Made by a program: the position numbers and the translations under genes. Source: Escherichia phage MRostami-2023e. Taken from it: DNA of 64,000 nt. Positions 1 through 7,780 of this stretch are shown piece after piece. The stretch lies in sequence record OQ031495, one strand, 5' to 3'. The number at the start of each line of letters is the position of its first letter. Within the stretch, counting starts at the first letter, position 1. The notes under the pieces were generated by a model, which made no database searches, was not told where the DNA came from, and was given only the letters and a program-made list of their open reading frames with translations.

Positions 1-57
1 TAGAGCAACGGACTTCTAATCCGTAGGTTGAAGGTTAGAATCCTTCTGTCTCGACCA
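1..57 (+). tRNA. tRNA-Arg (anticodon UCU), 3' portion only; 5' end lies outside the window
   Basis: Anticodon stem-loop acgga/cttctaa/tccgt at 8-24 with TCT anticodon; T-arm gaagg/ttagaat/ccttc at 30-46; acceptor 3' strand plus encoded CCA at 47-57. Confidence 0.6.
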
Positions 58-75
58 ACTTCAAGTGAGGAAAAT

Positions 76-420
76 ATGAAAGGTAATGTTTACTTAGTAG
101 TTCATGATTTAACGTTTTATTTTAACGAACATGATACAGTTATTTCAGACCGATTGATTAATTTGTTATACCAACACGCAGATTACATCTATGTTCAAAA
201 TGAATTCGGCCATTGGAAGTTCATTAAAAATCGTTCTGGGTTAACTAGTTTTGAATACTTTGATCGTAAAGACCTTTTAAACGAAATCCCATTGCAACAT
301 CGGTTCCAGAAACGCGAATCATTATATTATTGCCGTCATATACCAAACGCCGAATGTGTTAATGAAGCGATTAATCTATGGAGACGGCGTCGAGAGCAAA
401 TTGATGATATGCCAAAATAA
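76..420 (+). CDS. hypothetical protein (114 aa)
   Basis: ORF with GAGGAAAATATG Shine-Dalgarno/start; no recognisable motif. Confidence 0.45.
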   Translation: MKGNVYLVVHDLTFYFNEHDTVISDRLINLLYQHADYIYVQNEFGHWKFIKNRSGLTSFEYFDRKDLLNEIPLQHRFQKRESLYYCRHIPNAECVNEAINLWRRRREQIDDMPK

Positions 421-722
421 GAAGCCGGGTCGCTACCGGTAAGTCGTCGGACTGATGTTCCCTGAGTAAGGACTGGTCTTAATAAATCTTTACGATTTGT
501 TAATATCCCCTTACACCACAGCAGAAACGGCGCACCGAATTATCGATTCGAGGAAATATCTTTGCCGTAAGCCGAGTAGCGTTTTTGACGGAACGTTCGG
601 ATATGGTCGAGATATGGCCTTTTAAAAATATTGAGTAGCGTCAACTACTTAATAACCGGGTTCAAATCCCGGCGTTTCGTACAAACACTTGCCTTAGCAG
701 GTGGAACCCCGACAAGGTATAT
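421..722 (+). ncRNA. ORF-free structured region, candidate stable RNA(s) with tRNA-like T-arm and acceptor stem
   Basis: No ORF over 300 nt; T-arm-like ccggg/ttcaaat/cccgg at about 656-672; possible acceptor pairing cggaacg (589-595) with cgtttcg (673-679); followed by terminator. No canonical anticodon arm found. Confidence 0.3.
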
Positions 723-751
723 AGCCCCTTCCGAAAGGTTGGGGCTTTTTT
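723..751 (+). terminator. rho-independent terminator
   Basis: agcccc...ggggct stem with inner cc-gaaa-gg, then T6. Confidence 0.6.
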
Positions 752-752
752 G

Positions 753-760
753 TATAAATA
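753..760 (+). promoter_or_regulatory. T4-type late promoter core TATAAATA
   Basis: Exact TATAAATA about 35 nt upstream of the internal-protein-like gene. Confidence 0.5.
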
Positions 761-795
761 TAGTAAACAATAAACCCACTTTCTAAGGACCATCA

Positions 796-1428
796 ATGTA
801 TACTTTTAATGAATTTTTAGCCGAAACGGAAGTAATCACCGAAGCCGGCGTACGTATGACAAAAGAGAAATGGCAAGCTGCTTACGATGCTATTTCTGGT
901 ACAAAAACTAGTACAGAGTTTTTCAAAAACGTTCAAGCCATGTACGGTATCGACACTTCCAGCCAAAAAGAATATTACAGAGCTTCTAAAGCATTCAAAG
1001 ATATTGTTAGTGGTGGTGTTTCTGCTAAATCGGGTTCGCCTAAAGTAAAACCTGCTCCTACCATTCCTAAACCTGCGACCCCTAAAGCAATAGCAAAACC
1101 TGAGCCTAAGCCTAAGCCTGAAGTAAAAGCAACTCCTAAAGCTCCTGCTCTTAAGTTTGATACTTCTAGCCTGGAAAAAAAATATAAACAACTATCTTCG
1201 CTTGTTCGCGATATTGAATCCGATACATCTTCACTCGTTCGTGAATTCAATAGTCTTCGTAATGGCCAACATATCAACAACCTTGATACCCCAGACCTTT
1301 ATCGTCTTTATTTGACTATCGAAGGTTTGAAGTATACTCAACCACTTCATGATGAGATTAAAGAAAAACTTCGTCAGGCAGGTCGTTTGGCTGCTGACGC
1401 TGCTCAGTATGCAAAAACTCGTAAGTAA
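796..1428 (+). CDS. internal-protein-like virion protein with N-terminal capsid-targeting-like sequence and Pro/Lys-rich repeat linker
   Basis: N-terminus MYTFNEFLAE resembles T4 IP capsid-targeting sequence MKTYQEFIAE; low-complexity PKPxxPK repeats; late promoter upstream. Confidence 0.6.
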   Translation: MYTFNEFLAETEVITEAGVRMTKEKWQAAYDAISGTKTSTEFFKNVQAMYGIDTSSQKEYYRASKAFKDIVSGGVSAKSGSPKVKPAPTIPKPATPKAIAKPEPKPKPEVKATPKAPALKFDTSSLEKKYKQLSSLVRDIESDTSSLVREFNSLRNGQHINNLDTPDLYRLYLTIEGLKYTQPLHDEIKEKLRQAGRLAADAAQYAKTRK

Positions 1429-1433
1429 AGAAT

Positions 1434-1453
1434 GGGGACTTCGGTCCCCTTTA
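1434..1453 (+). terminator. rho-independent terminator (UUCG tetraloop)
   Basis: ggggac-ttcg-gtcccc followed by ttta. Confidence 0.6.
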
Positions 1454-1480
1454 GGGGGTCTATAACTTACTGAAAAAGTT

Positions 1481-1512
1481 GTTTACTTCTTCCCTAGATG
1501 TGTTACTATAGA
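1481..1512 (+). promoter_or_regulatory. T4-type early promoter candidate
   Basis: GTTTAC -35 element, about 18-nt spacer, tgtTACTATag -10 region. Confidence 0.45.
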
Positions 1513-1537
1513 CCCATCAAAACATGAGGAGAATATT

Positions 1538-1798
1538 ATGAGTCTTTACACTGAACTGAATAAAAAATCTGAAGAATCTGCTGAAACTATTTTTAAAAAC
1601 GTGCAAAAGCGTATTTTAGAAAAGATGTATAACACTGCAGCTAAAGGTGAAAAATCTTGCCGGTTCCCGATGAGGTGTTCTTCTGATTTATGCGCAAATA
1701 CTATTGAATGGCTGGAAAGTGAAGGTCTTACGGTAGAGAAAAACCCGGCGATTTCTATTGACAGTGAATCATATATTAGTATTTCTTGGGATAAATCA
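1538..1798 (+). CDS. hypothetical protein, 3' end lost in masked region
   Basis: ORF with GAGGAGAATATTATG start; runs into N-run at 1799. Confidence 0.45.
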
Positions 1799-1912
1799 NN
1801 NNNNNNNNNNNNNNNNNNNNNNNNNNNAAATTTGAAAAATTAAAAATAAATGATGTACAAACGCCAAGGACGGTGATACTATAGACTTATCAACTACAGA
1901 GGAGTAAACAAA

Positions 1913-2077
1913 ATGACTACTTTAATTATTTGGTTCGATGAAAATGAAGAAACATACTGTGTGAATATTGGTGAAAGTCCAATGCCCGAATTTGAATCCT
2001 CAGATAAAAACTCTGTTGTATCTTGGGCTGAAGGTTATAAAGCAGCTAAAGGTGACGTTGAAATAATTTACATCTAA
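1913..2077 (+). CDS. hypothetical small protein (54 aa)
   Basis: GGAG Shine-Dalgarno 8 nt upstream of ATG; fits between flanking genes. Confidence 0.4.
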   Translation: MTTLIIWFDENEETYCVNIGESPMPEFESSDKNSVVSWAEGYKAAKGDVEIIYI

Positions 2078-2123
2078 GTAAGTTTATGTTATAGTAATCA
2101 CATCAAATCAAGAGGAAAACAAA

Positions 2124-2351
2124 ATGGCTAAAGTTAGTATTGATGTCGTTGATTATGAATACACAGAAGAAGTTATTCGCAACCGTCACCCTGAAGTTCG
2201 TATCGATTCAGTACAAGATTCCAAGTTCTGGACAACCGAGCTTAATCTGAGTGGTCCTTATGAAGCTGTTAAGAAGTTCATGGTTGAAGAATACTGCGAA
2301 GGCATGCACCCCGAAGACGCCAAGTTTTATGTCAATTTGATTAAAAAATAA
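2124..2351 (+). CDS. hypothetical protein (75 aa)
   Basis: AAGAGGAAAACAAAATG start context. Confidence 0.55.
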   Translation: MAKVSIDVVDYEYTEEVIRNRHPEVRIDSVQDSKFWTTELNLSGPYEAVKKFMVEEYCEGMHPEDAKFYVNLIKK

Positions 2352-2386
2352 TTTACAAACTCTTGAGAGCAGAGTATAATGCTCTC
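2352..2386 (+). promoter_or_regulatory. promoter candidate (TTTACA ... TATAAT) with the -10 inside an inverted repeat
   Basis: tttaca(2352-2357), TATAAT(2375-2380), inverted repeat gagagc/gctctc; near-identical copy at about 32994-33045. Confidence 0.45.
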
Positions 2387-2421
2387 GTTGGATAATAAAC
2401 CACCAATTGAAAGGTAATAAT

Positions 2422-3015
2422 ATGAACACACTGAAGAAACTTGTTGAATTCATCCGCACTAAACTGGGTACTGCTATGGCTAAAAATCTGACTGTCGAAG
2501 AACAGTATAACGCAGCTGCAGATAAGTTGATTACCCAAATCAAAGAACTAAAAACGGCTTCTGTTAAATCTATTAATGAAGAAAAACGTATTCGCGAACT
2601 TGTTAATGAAAAGAACAAGCAAGCCGCTTCTAAGGAACGTGAAATTCGTAAGCTCCTGGCCGAAGGACAAGATGTTACCATGCATGCTAAGCTTGGTCTT
2701 CTGTATCGTCGAACTGCCGAACAACTTAATACAAAAGCTGACGGGTATGCCGCTATGCGAATTGAAATTGCTCGTAAGGTGGTTGAACTTGACGATGCTC
2801 GTCAGAACCTGGCAATCAAACTCGAATACATTCGCGAAACTCGAGCAGCTAATGCCCTTGGTATCTCTACGGCCGATGATGTAATTGAAATCGCTGCACT
2901 GACTAAGGTTGATATCGAAGACACTCTGACTCGTGTTGAAACGTTCAATGGCACTCCAGCTGGTGTCGAAACCACTTCTGCTGATGTACAAGAATATATT
3001 AACTCTTTGAAATAA
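2422..3015 (+). CDS. coiled-coil protein (197 aa), weak PspA/IM30-like pattern
   Basis: Long heptad-like charged helices; assignment by eye only. Confidence 0.5.
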   Translation: MNTLKKLVEFIRTKLGTAMAKNLTVEEQYNAAADKLITQIKELKTASVKSINEEKRIRELVNEKNKQAASKEREIRKLLAEGQDVTMHAKLGLLYRRTAEQLNTKADGYAAMRIEIARKVVELDDARQNLAIKLEYIRETRAANALGISTADDVIEIAALTKVDIEDTLTRVETFNGTPAGVETTSADVQEYINSLK

Positions 3016-3023
3016 AATAATAC

Positions 3024-3046
3024 GGAGGACTCCGGTCCTCCTTTTG
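3024..3046 (+). terminator. rho-independent terminator
   Basis: ggaggac-tccg-gtcctcc followed by TTTT. Confidence 0.6.
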
Positions 3047-3064
3047 GATAATAAAGGAGTTAAC

Positions 3065-3667
3065 ATGCGAAACCAAAATAATGATATTGACTCAATGTTC
3101 GAAGAGTTCCGAGATAAGGTAAATCCACCTACGTCTTTAGTTGATTCATTACGATATGTTGCAACTGGGCGTAAATGGTACTGGTCGTCTTCTTATGAGA
3201 CTACTGAGAAAACAGCTAGCCATAGCAGAAAATCTTTATTAGCCCCAGGTATTATGATTCATGATATCGGAGCTATTGCTAAACTAGTTGCAGACCATGA
3301 TATTAGATTCACCGATTTCGTTGCTCCTACATGGTCTGTTTGTTGTTTAAACACCGAATGGGAATATATCAGCGAACGCTCTAAAGATTATTATGGTTTT
3401 AGAGATAAGCTTTTAAGGTCTAACATGTTTTATATTGATACAGAAGTTCTGGTCAATAATAAAAAATACTACTTCACTTTAATCGTCGATTCTGAAACTA
3501 TGTATGAAGGCAAGCCTTTGCTTAAAAGAGTTGATGCTTTAAGTGCTATTGATGCGCTTTATGAAACTATGGTTGTTAGTCCTAATTTCACTAACAATTT
3601 AATCCTTGAGCAATTTATTATGGAATGTAGAGAATATGTCAAAGCCAACCCTATACATGCCAAGTAA
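3065..3667 (+). CDS. hypothetical protein (200 aa)
   Basis: AAAGGAG Shine-Dalgarno plus ATG. Confidence 0.55.
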   Translation: MRNQNNDIDSMFEEFRDKVNPPTSLVDSLRYVATGRKWYWSSSYETTEKTASHSRKSLLAPGIMIHDIGAIAKLVADHDIRFTDFVAPTWSVCCLNTEWEYISERSKDYYGFRDKLLRSNMFYIDTEVLVNNKKYYFTLIVDSETMYEGKPLLKRVDALSAIDALYETMVVSPNFTNNLILEQFIMECREYVKANPIHAK

Positions 3668-4031
3668 GCCCTGGGCATACGAATACAAACGTAAATTAAT
3701 CCCAAACGAAGTACTATTTGGCCCTATTTTAGCTTTAGCATTTTTAATCTTTATGATTATAGGAGCTGTTTTAGATTCCAATAAAGTTATATCGTCCGAT
3801 GCAGCGTTTTCATTAATGTTCGTCGCACCACTTATTGTACCGTTTTTATTAATGCCTATTAATTGGGTAGGATATTGGCACCAAGGCCGTCATCACAGAG
3901 CTCGAGTTCGTGAGTGGAAAGTTCAGTGCGCAAAAGCCCAAGCTCAGTATGATGAAGCTGTTAAAAAGTATGAATATGAAGAAGCTATGGAATTCGTTAA
4001 GGAGATAAGATGCAAAAGCCACAACTCTTAA
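3636..4031 (+). CDS. small membrane protein; member of paralogous family with conserved C-terminal tail
   Basis: Two hydrophobic segments; C-terminal EFVKEIRCK related to the ENFIKECR tail of paralogs; start uncertain (alternative ATG at 3654). Confidence 0.45.
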   Translation: MSKPTLYMPSKPWAYEYKRKLIPNEVLFGPILALAFLIFMIIGAVLDSNKVISSDAAFSLMFVAPLIVPFLLMPINWVGYWHQGRHHRARVREWKVQCAKAQAQYDEAVKKYEYEEAMEFVKEIRCKSHNS

Positions 4032-4369
4032 CCGTATGGCCTTCTCTTGGTGAGAACATTCTAATTTTTATTATGAGTATTGGCATGGGATTTGCCTTTG
4101 GATTAGTTGGATTTCTTATTGACGGCGTTGTGTTAGGATTTATAGGGAACACTGGTGGATTCACAGACCAATGGCAGGACTTACGGTATACCCAAGCCTT
4201 TGCATCCATCGCATCCTTTTGTACTGTAGTCTATTTTTACTACGATTTTATAAACCGTAACAAGAAAAATAAAAAGGTTTACGCTTCTCAAATGGTTAGT
4301 TATAATGAACTCCTAGCTAGACGTGAAAATGAAACAATCGAAAACTTTATTAAGGAATGTAGAAAATGA
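4010..4369 (+). CDS. small membrane protein, paralog family (C-terminal ENFIKECRK)
   Basis: AAGGAG Shine-Dalgarno; hydrophobic N-terminal half; conserved C-terminal motif. Confidence 0.6.
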   Translation: MQKPQLLTVWPSLGENILIFIMSIGMGFAFGLVGFLIDGVVLGFIGNTGGFTDQWQDLRYTQAFASIASFCTVVYFYYDFINRNKKNKKVYASQMVSYNELLARRENETIENFIKECRK

Positions 4370-4671
4370 GTAAGATTATTGAAATTAAAGTACCAGAGTT
4401 TAATGATGCCAAATCCGCTTCAGACGCAATTTATAAACTTCTGAATCAAGCTGAACGTATCGAAGAAGAAGCAACAAAGATCGCAGACCAATATGCCGTA
4501 TCATTTTCTGTAGGTGATTATGGTAGCGGTCGTACTTATTATCCTAAGGGTGAAATCGTATCCCAGTGGATGAAAGATGAAATTGAAAATAATGGTGGCG
4601 ATGTTAAGCGTGAAGGTAATGGTTACGTTATTACTGAAGGTGCTTGGGTTTCGTCTTCTGCGTTGTGCTAA
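4366..4671 (+). CDS. hypothetical protein, first of three tandem paralogs (C-terminal GAWVSSSALC)
   Basis: ATGA overlap with upstream gene; shared C-terminal GWVSSSxxC motif. Confidence 0.6.
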   Translation: MSKIIEIKVPEFNDAKSASDAIYKLLNQAERIEEEATKIADQYAVSFSVGDYGSGRTYYPKGEIVSQWMKDEIENNGGDVKREGNGYVITEGAWVSSSALC

Positions 4672-4680
4672 GGAATCATT

Positions 4681-4953
4681 ATGTCTAAAGAACAAACCGA
4701 ACTGGCTGAAGCTGTAGCAAAAATCTATGCAGCTATTGAGGCTGCCAAAGAAATTGCTGATAAACAAAACACAACATTCAACTTGTACCCAGCTTATGGT
4801 ATGGGTGGAACCTATCATTCACCCGGACAGCTTAAAGCCGATCTTGAACGTTGTACAAAAAACGGCTATGCTGAATGGGCCGACGTTTACCAATACGACT
4901 ACAACCTGAGCCTCGAAACTGGTGGTTGGGTTGCATCTTCTCACACTTGCTAA
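4681..4953 (+). CDS. hypothetical protein, tandem paralog 2 (C-terminal GGWVASSHTC)
   Basis: Shared C-terminal motif and helical N-terminus. Confidence 0.6.
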   Translation: MSKEQTELAEAVAKIYAAIEAAKEIADKQNTTFNLYPAYGMGGTYHSPGQLKADLERCTKNGYAEWADVYQYDYNLSLETGGWVASSHTC

Positions 4954-4962
4954 GGAAACCAT

Positions 4963-5160
4963 ATGTCTCGTGAATTGGATTGTGCTGTACGTACGGCAGT
5001 AGCTGCTCTGGAAAACCTGTTCCAAATTGCAACAGAAGAACGCGAAGAAGTTACATTATGGATTGAAGATAACGCAGGTCTGAATCTCCAGGACGCGATC
5101 TCATTATCCCACAATAGTATCACTGTTCAAGGCTGGGTATCATCTAGTTATTCTTGCTAA
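4963..5160 (+). CDS. hypothetical protein, tandem paralog 3 (C-terminal QGWVSSSYSC)
   Basis: Shared C-terminal motif. Confidence 0.55.
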   Translation: MSRELDCAVRTAVAALENLFQIATEEREEVTLWIEDNAGLNLQDAISLSHNSITVQGWVSSSYSC

Positions 5161-5164
5161 AACA

Positions 5165-5195
5165 GTTTACAACAAGATAGGGCTATGTTATAGTA
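5165..5195 (+). promoter_or_regulatory. T4-type early promoter candidate
   Basis: GTTTACA, 18-nt spacer, TGtTATAGT; palindrome ataggact/agtcctat around the -10. Confidence 0.5.
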
Positions 5196-5222
5196 GTCCT
5201 ATCAAATTAAATGGAGTTCACA

Positions 5223-5462
5223 ATGATTTATTACGAAAGTATCGGAACCGAAGTAGTTGCTAAAACTATTACTCGTGAAAAGTTTGCAAAGATATTCGAT
5301 ATGCGTTATAAAAAATCTGAACACAAAGGCATCCGATTCGAAGATGCGCACTGTACAATTTGCCCTTATAATGAAGACATAAACGGTACAATCGTTCCAT
5401 TGGTAGAGGCTTCACATGTCGACCTCTGGGATGAATATGATATCGCATGTCGTGAAATTTAA
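5223..5462 (+). CDS. hypothetical protein (79 aa)
   Basis: GGAG Shine-Dalgarno upstream of ATG at 5223. Confidence 0.5.
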   Translation: MIYYESIGTEVVAKTITREKFAKIFDMRYKKSEHKGIRFEDAHCTICPYNEDINGTIVPLVEASHVDLWDEYDIACREI

Positions 5463-5490
5463 GTTAATGAATTAATCCGAGGAAAATATT

Positions 5491-6447
5491 ATGATGTTAG
5501 TTATTGGTTCTCGTGCACTTCACTATCACGGTCTTATTGATTCTAGCGCTATCAAAAATAGTGATTGGGACTTTATTGCGGACCAATGTTCTTGGAATGC
5601 ATTCAAAAATCAAATGATGGGTGTATATGTCCACCAAGATAACCCTGATGTCCAAGTTTTCAAATGCTTCCATAATGGACGCGAAACTCATTTTGAAGCA
5701 TATATTGTTCCGGCAATCACTAACGTTCGCGAACTAGTCGGTGAACTCACTCCTGAAGATTTCACGTCTTCTTATGACCTTTTAAAATACGCCAAGAAAA
5801 ATTTGACTAAAGACCGTTTGAACGGGTTTTACTGGGCAACTCCCGAGATATGTCTTGCAATTAAGATGTCTCATCGTTTCAAGAAAAATAATCCATTCTT
5901 TTTAAAGACTATGAACCATATTCAGTATCTTCGTGGTAAAGGTGTTACACTGAACGATGAACTTACTGAAATTATGCTGAAACGCCAGAAAGAAACCTTG
6001 AACTATGCTCACCCAGTTCTTGACACTTCTAAAAGTGCGTTCTTTAAAGATGACATCTATACATATGACCATGATACTATTCACGAAGCCATTGCGTTAA
6101 CAGGCCGCCCAGCGTATACATTTTATATGAAAGACGGTTCTGAAGTCATGACCTCACGTGAGAAGTTCGAATCGTTACCAGAAATGGTCAAATTGGCCGG
6201 TGTATATGAAGAATCATGTGTACTAGCATTAGAACGTTCTCAGATTCCTAATGACTTTAAAATTAACCCTGAAGCCAGTTTCATGATGGCATTAGAAAAA
6301 GTCTGCACAAGCATCACCTCCGGTTGGTTCCGTGAATACGCATACGAGAACTACAGCAAAGTTGTAAGTATGTATCATAAGCTCGGCAAAAATGATTACA
6401 TTAAACGGTTTAAAGAAAATTTTCATATGGTGAAACCTTTCAAATAA
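5491..6447 (+). CDS. hypothetical protein (318 aa), possible minimal nucleotidyltransferase fold
   Basis: N-terminal GS...(15 aa)...DWDF pattern resembles Pol-beta-type NTase hG[GS]/DxD motif; weak. Confidence 0.5.
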   Translation: MMLVIGSRALHYHGLIDSSAIKNSDWDFIADQCSWNAFKNQMMGVYVHQDNPDVQVFKCFHNGRETHFEAYIVPAITNVRELVGELTPEDFTSSYDLLKYAKKNLTKDRLNGFYWATPEICLAIKMSHRFKKNNPFFLKTMNHIQYLRGKGVTLNDELTEIMLKRQKETLNYAHPVLDTSKSAFFKDDIYTYDHDTIHEAIALTGRPAYTFYMKDGSEVMTSREKFESLPEMVKLAGVYEESCVLALERSQIPNDFKINPEASFMMALEKVCTSITSGWFREYAYENYSKVVSMYHKLGKNDYIKRFKENFHMVKPFK

Positions 6448-6728
6448 CTTCACAAAACTGTTTACANNNNNNNNNNNNNNNNNNNNNNNNNNNNNNNNNN
6501 NNNNNNNNNNNNNNNNNNNNNNNNNNNNNNNNNNNNNNNNNNNNNNNNNNNNNNNNNNNNNNNNNNNNNNNNNNNNNNNNNNNNNNNNNNNNNNNNNNNN
6601 NNNNNNNNNNNNNNNNNNNNNNNNNNNNNNNNNNNNNNNNNNNNNNNNNNNNNNNNNNNNNNNNNNNNNNNNNNNNNNNNNNNNNNNNNNNNNNNNNNNN
6701 NNNNNNNNNNNNNNNNNNNNNNNNNNNN

Positions 6729-6760
6729 GTTTACACAATTATAGGACTATGTTATAGTAG
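6729..6760 (+). promoter_or_regulatory. T4-type early promoter candidate
   Basis: GTTTACA ... TGtTATAGT immediately after masked region; same palindrome as at 5165. Confidence 0.45.
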
Positions 6761-6786
6761 TCCTATTAAAACATGAGGAGAATATT

Positions 6787-7092
6787 ATGAAATTAACAGA
6801 AACCAATCGAATTGGTCTTTTAACAATACTTGCATCACCTTTTTACGCAACTCTTTCTGTTGCGGTATTACAAAAGGCTTACAGTATGGATGGTGTTCCT
6901 GGTTGTATATTTTTATCACCATTTTTGCTATTCGTTGGAGCTTTGTTATTATATGCCACGTCTGGTTTCGACAATAATGTCTGGGTCAATTATAAACGTA
7001 AATTGTCTGAAGAAGAACACGCAGAAGCTCGTAAAAAAGCTATTGAATCTACCAATCTAGAAAATTTCATTAAAGAATGTCGAGGAAAATAA
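6787..7092 (+). CDS. small membrane protein, paralog family (C-terminal ENFIKECRGK)
   Basis: Two TM-like segments; conserved C-terminal motif. Confidence 0.6.
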   Translation: MKLTETNRIGLLTILASPFYATLSVAVLQKAYSMDGVPGCIFLSPFLLFVGALLLYATSGFDNNVWVNYKRKLSEEEHAEARKKAIESTNLENFIKECRGK

Positions 7093-7093
7093 T

Positions 7094-7780
7094 ATGAATA
7101 GTTCTAAAGTGTTTAATAGTCAAGCTCGTGCAGTAGGTGGTTTTGCTCATGCGATTAAAAACGACCAGATTAAAAACGAGCCTATGTTCTTCAACTGTAG
7201 TTTAGAATTTGCTTATAATAACGGCGGTCCTATTACTCGCAGCTTCATCATGAACTTGCCAGATGATTGGAACACCGACCAGGTTGTATTTGATTCACGA
7301 GTCCACATGCTGATGCCTGGTTGGTACCCTGCTATCCCAGGTTATCACCATGACGATGTACCACGCCCGGATATTCCGGTTGGTCAACACTTTATTACTG
7401 CAGGACAACCTGACTATGACAATCCTCGCTATTTGTCTGAACATATTCTTGGTCTTGTTAACGCTGATGTGTGTCCTACTCATTTTGCAACAGGAACTGC
7501 AGAGTTCAGTCAGATTCCTGATGGCGAACTTATCTATCGTCAGTGGCACAAAGAAGTCCTCGAAAAAATTGAAAAAGGCGAACTAGAGAAATGGGAAGCT
7601 CCAGATCGTACTCTTCTTCAGTTTGATTGGCAAACATGGCACACTGGTTCTCGTGCAATTAGTAACGGATGGCGTTGGTTCGGACGTGTATCTCGTAATA
7701 CAGACCGAGTTAAAAAGATTACCAATGAAATTCGTGTCAATGCCCAAGTTTATCTGGAATTCCCTATGGAAGGCTGGTAA
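7094..7780 (+). CDS. hypothetical protein (228 aa)
   Basis: ORF with coupled start; His/Asp-rich segment GYHHDD; function unknown. Confidence 0.55.
   Translation: MNSSKVFNSQARAVGGFAHAIKNDQIKNEPMFFNCSLEFAYNNGGPITRSFIMNLPDDWNTDQVVFDSRVHMLMPGWYPAIPGYHHDDVPRPDIPVGQHFITAGQPDYDNPRYLSEHILGLVNADVCPTHFATGTAEFSQIPDGELIYRQWHKEVLEKIEKGELEKWEAPDRTLLQFDWQTWHTGSRAISNGWRWFGRVSRNTDRVKKITNEIRVNAQVYLEFPMEGW

Noticed and set aside
589-680. Canonical class II tRNA (Leu/Ser) with long variable arm
   Set aside because: T-arm and acceptor pairing are present but no 5-bp anticodon stem with 7-nt loop could be folded; kept only as a tRNA-like ncRNA candidate
817-1280. Minus-strand ORFs of 124 and 101 aa overlapping the internal-protein-like gene
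   Set aside because: Shadow ORFs inside a low-complexity repeat-coding + strand gene; no SD; the + strand gene has promoter, capsid-targeting-like N-terminus and terminator
6292-6738. Long ORFs consisting mostly of X across N-runs (also 10719-11281, 13044-13310, 15139-15489, 17194-17656)
   Set aside because: Artefacts of translating masked sequence; no information
7094-7780. 2OG-Fe(II) oxygenase assignment for the 228-aa protein on the basis of GYHHDD and a later WHTGSR
   Set aside because: Spacing and context do not convincingly match the HxD...H...RxS facial triad; left as hypothetical
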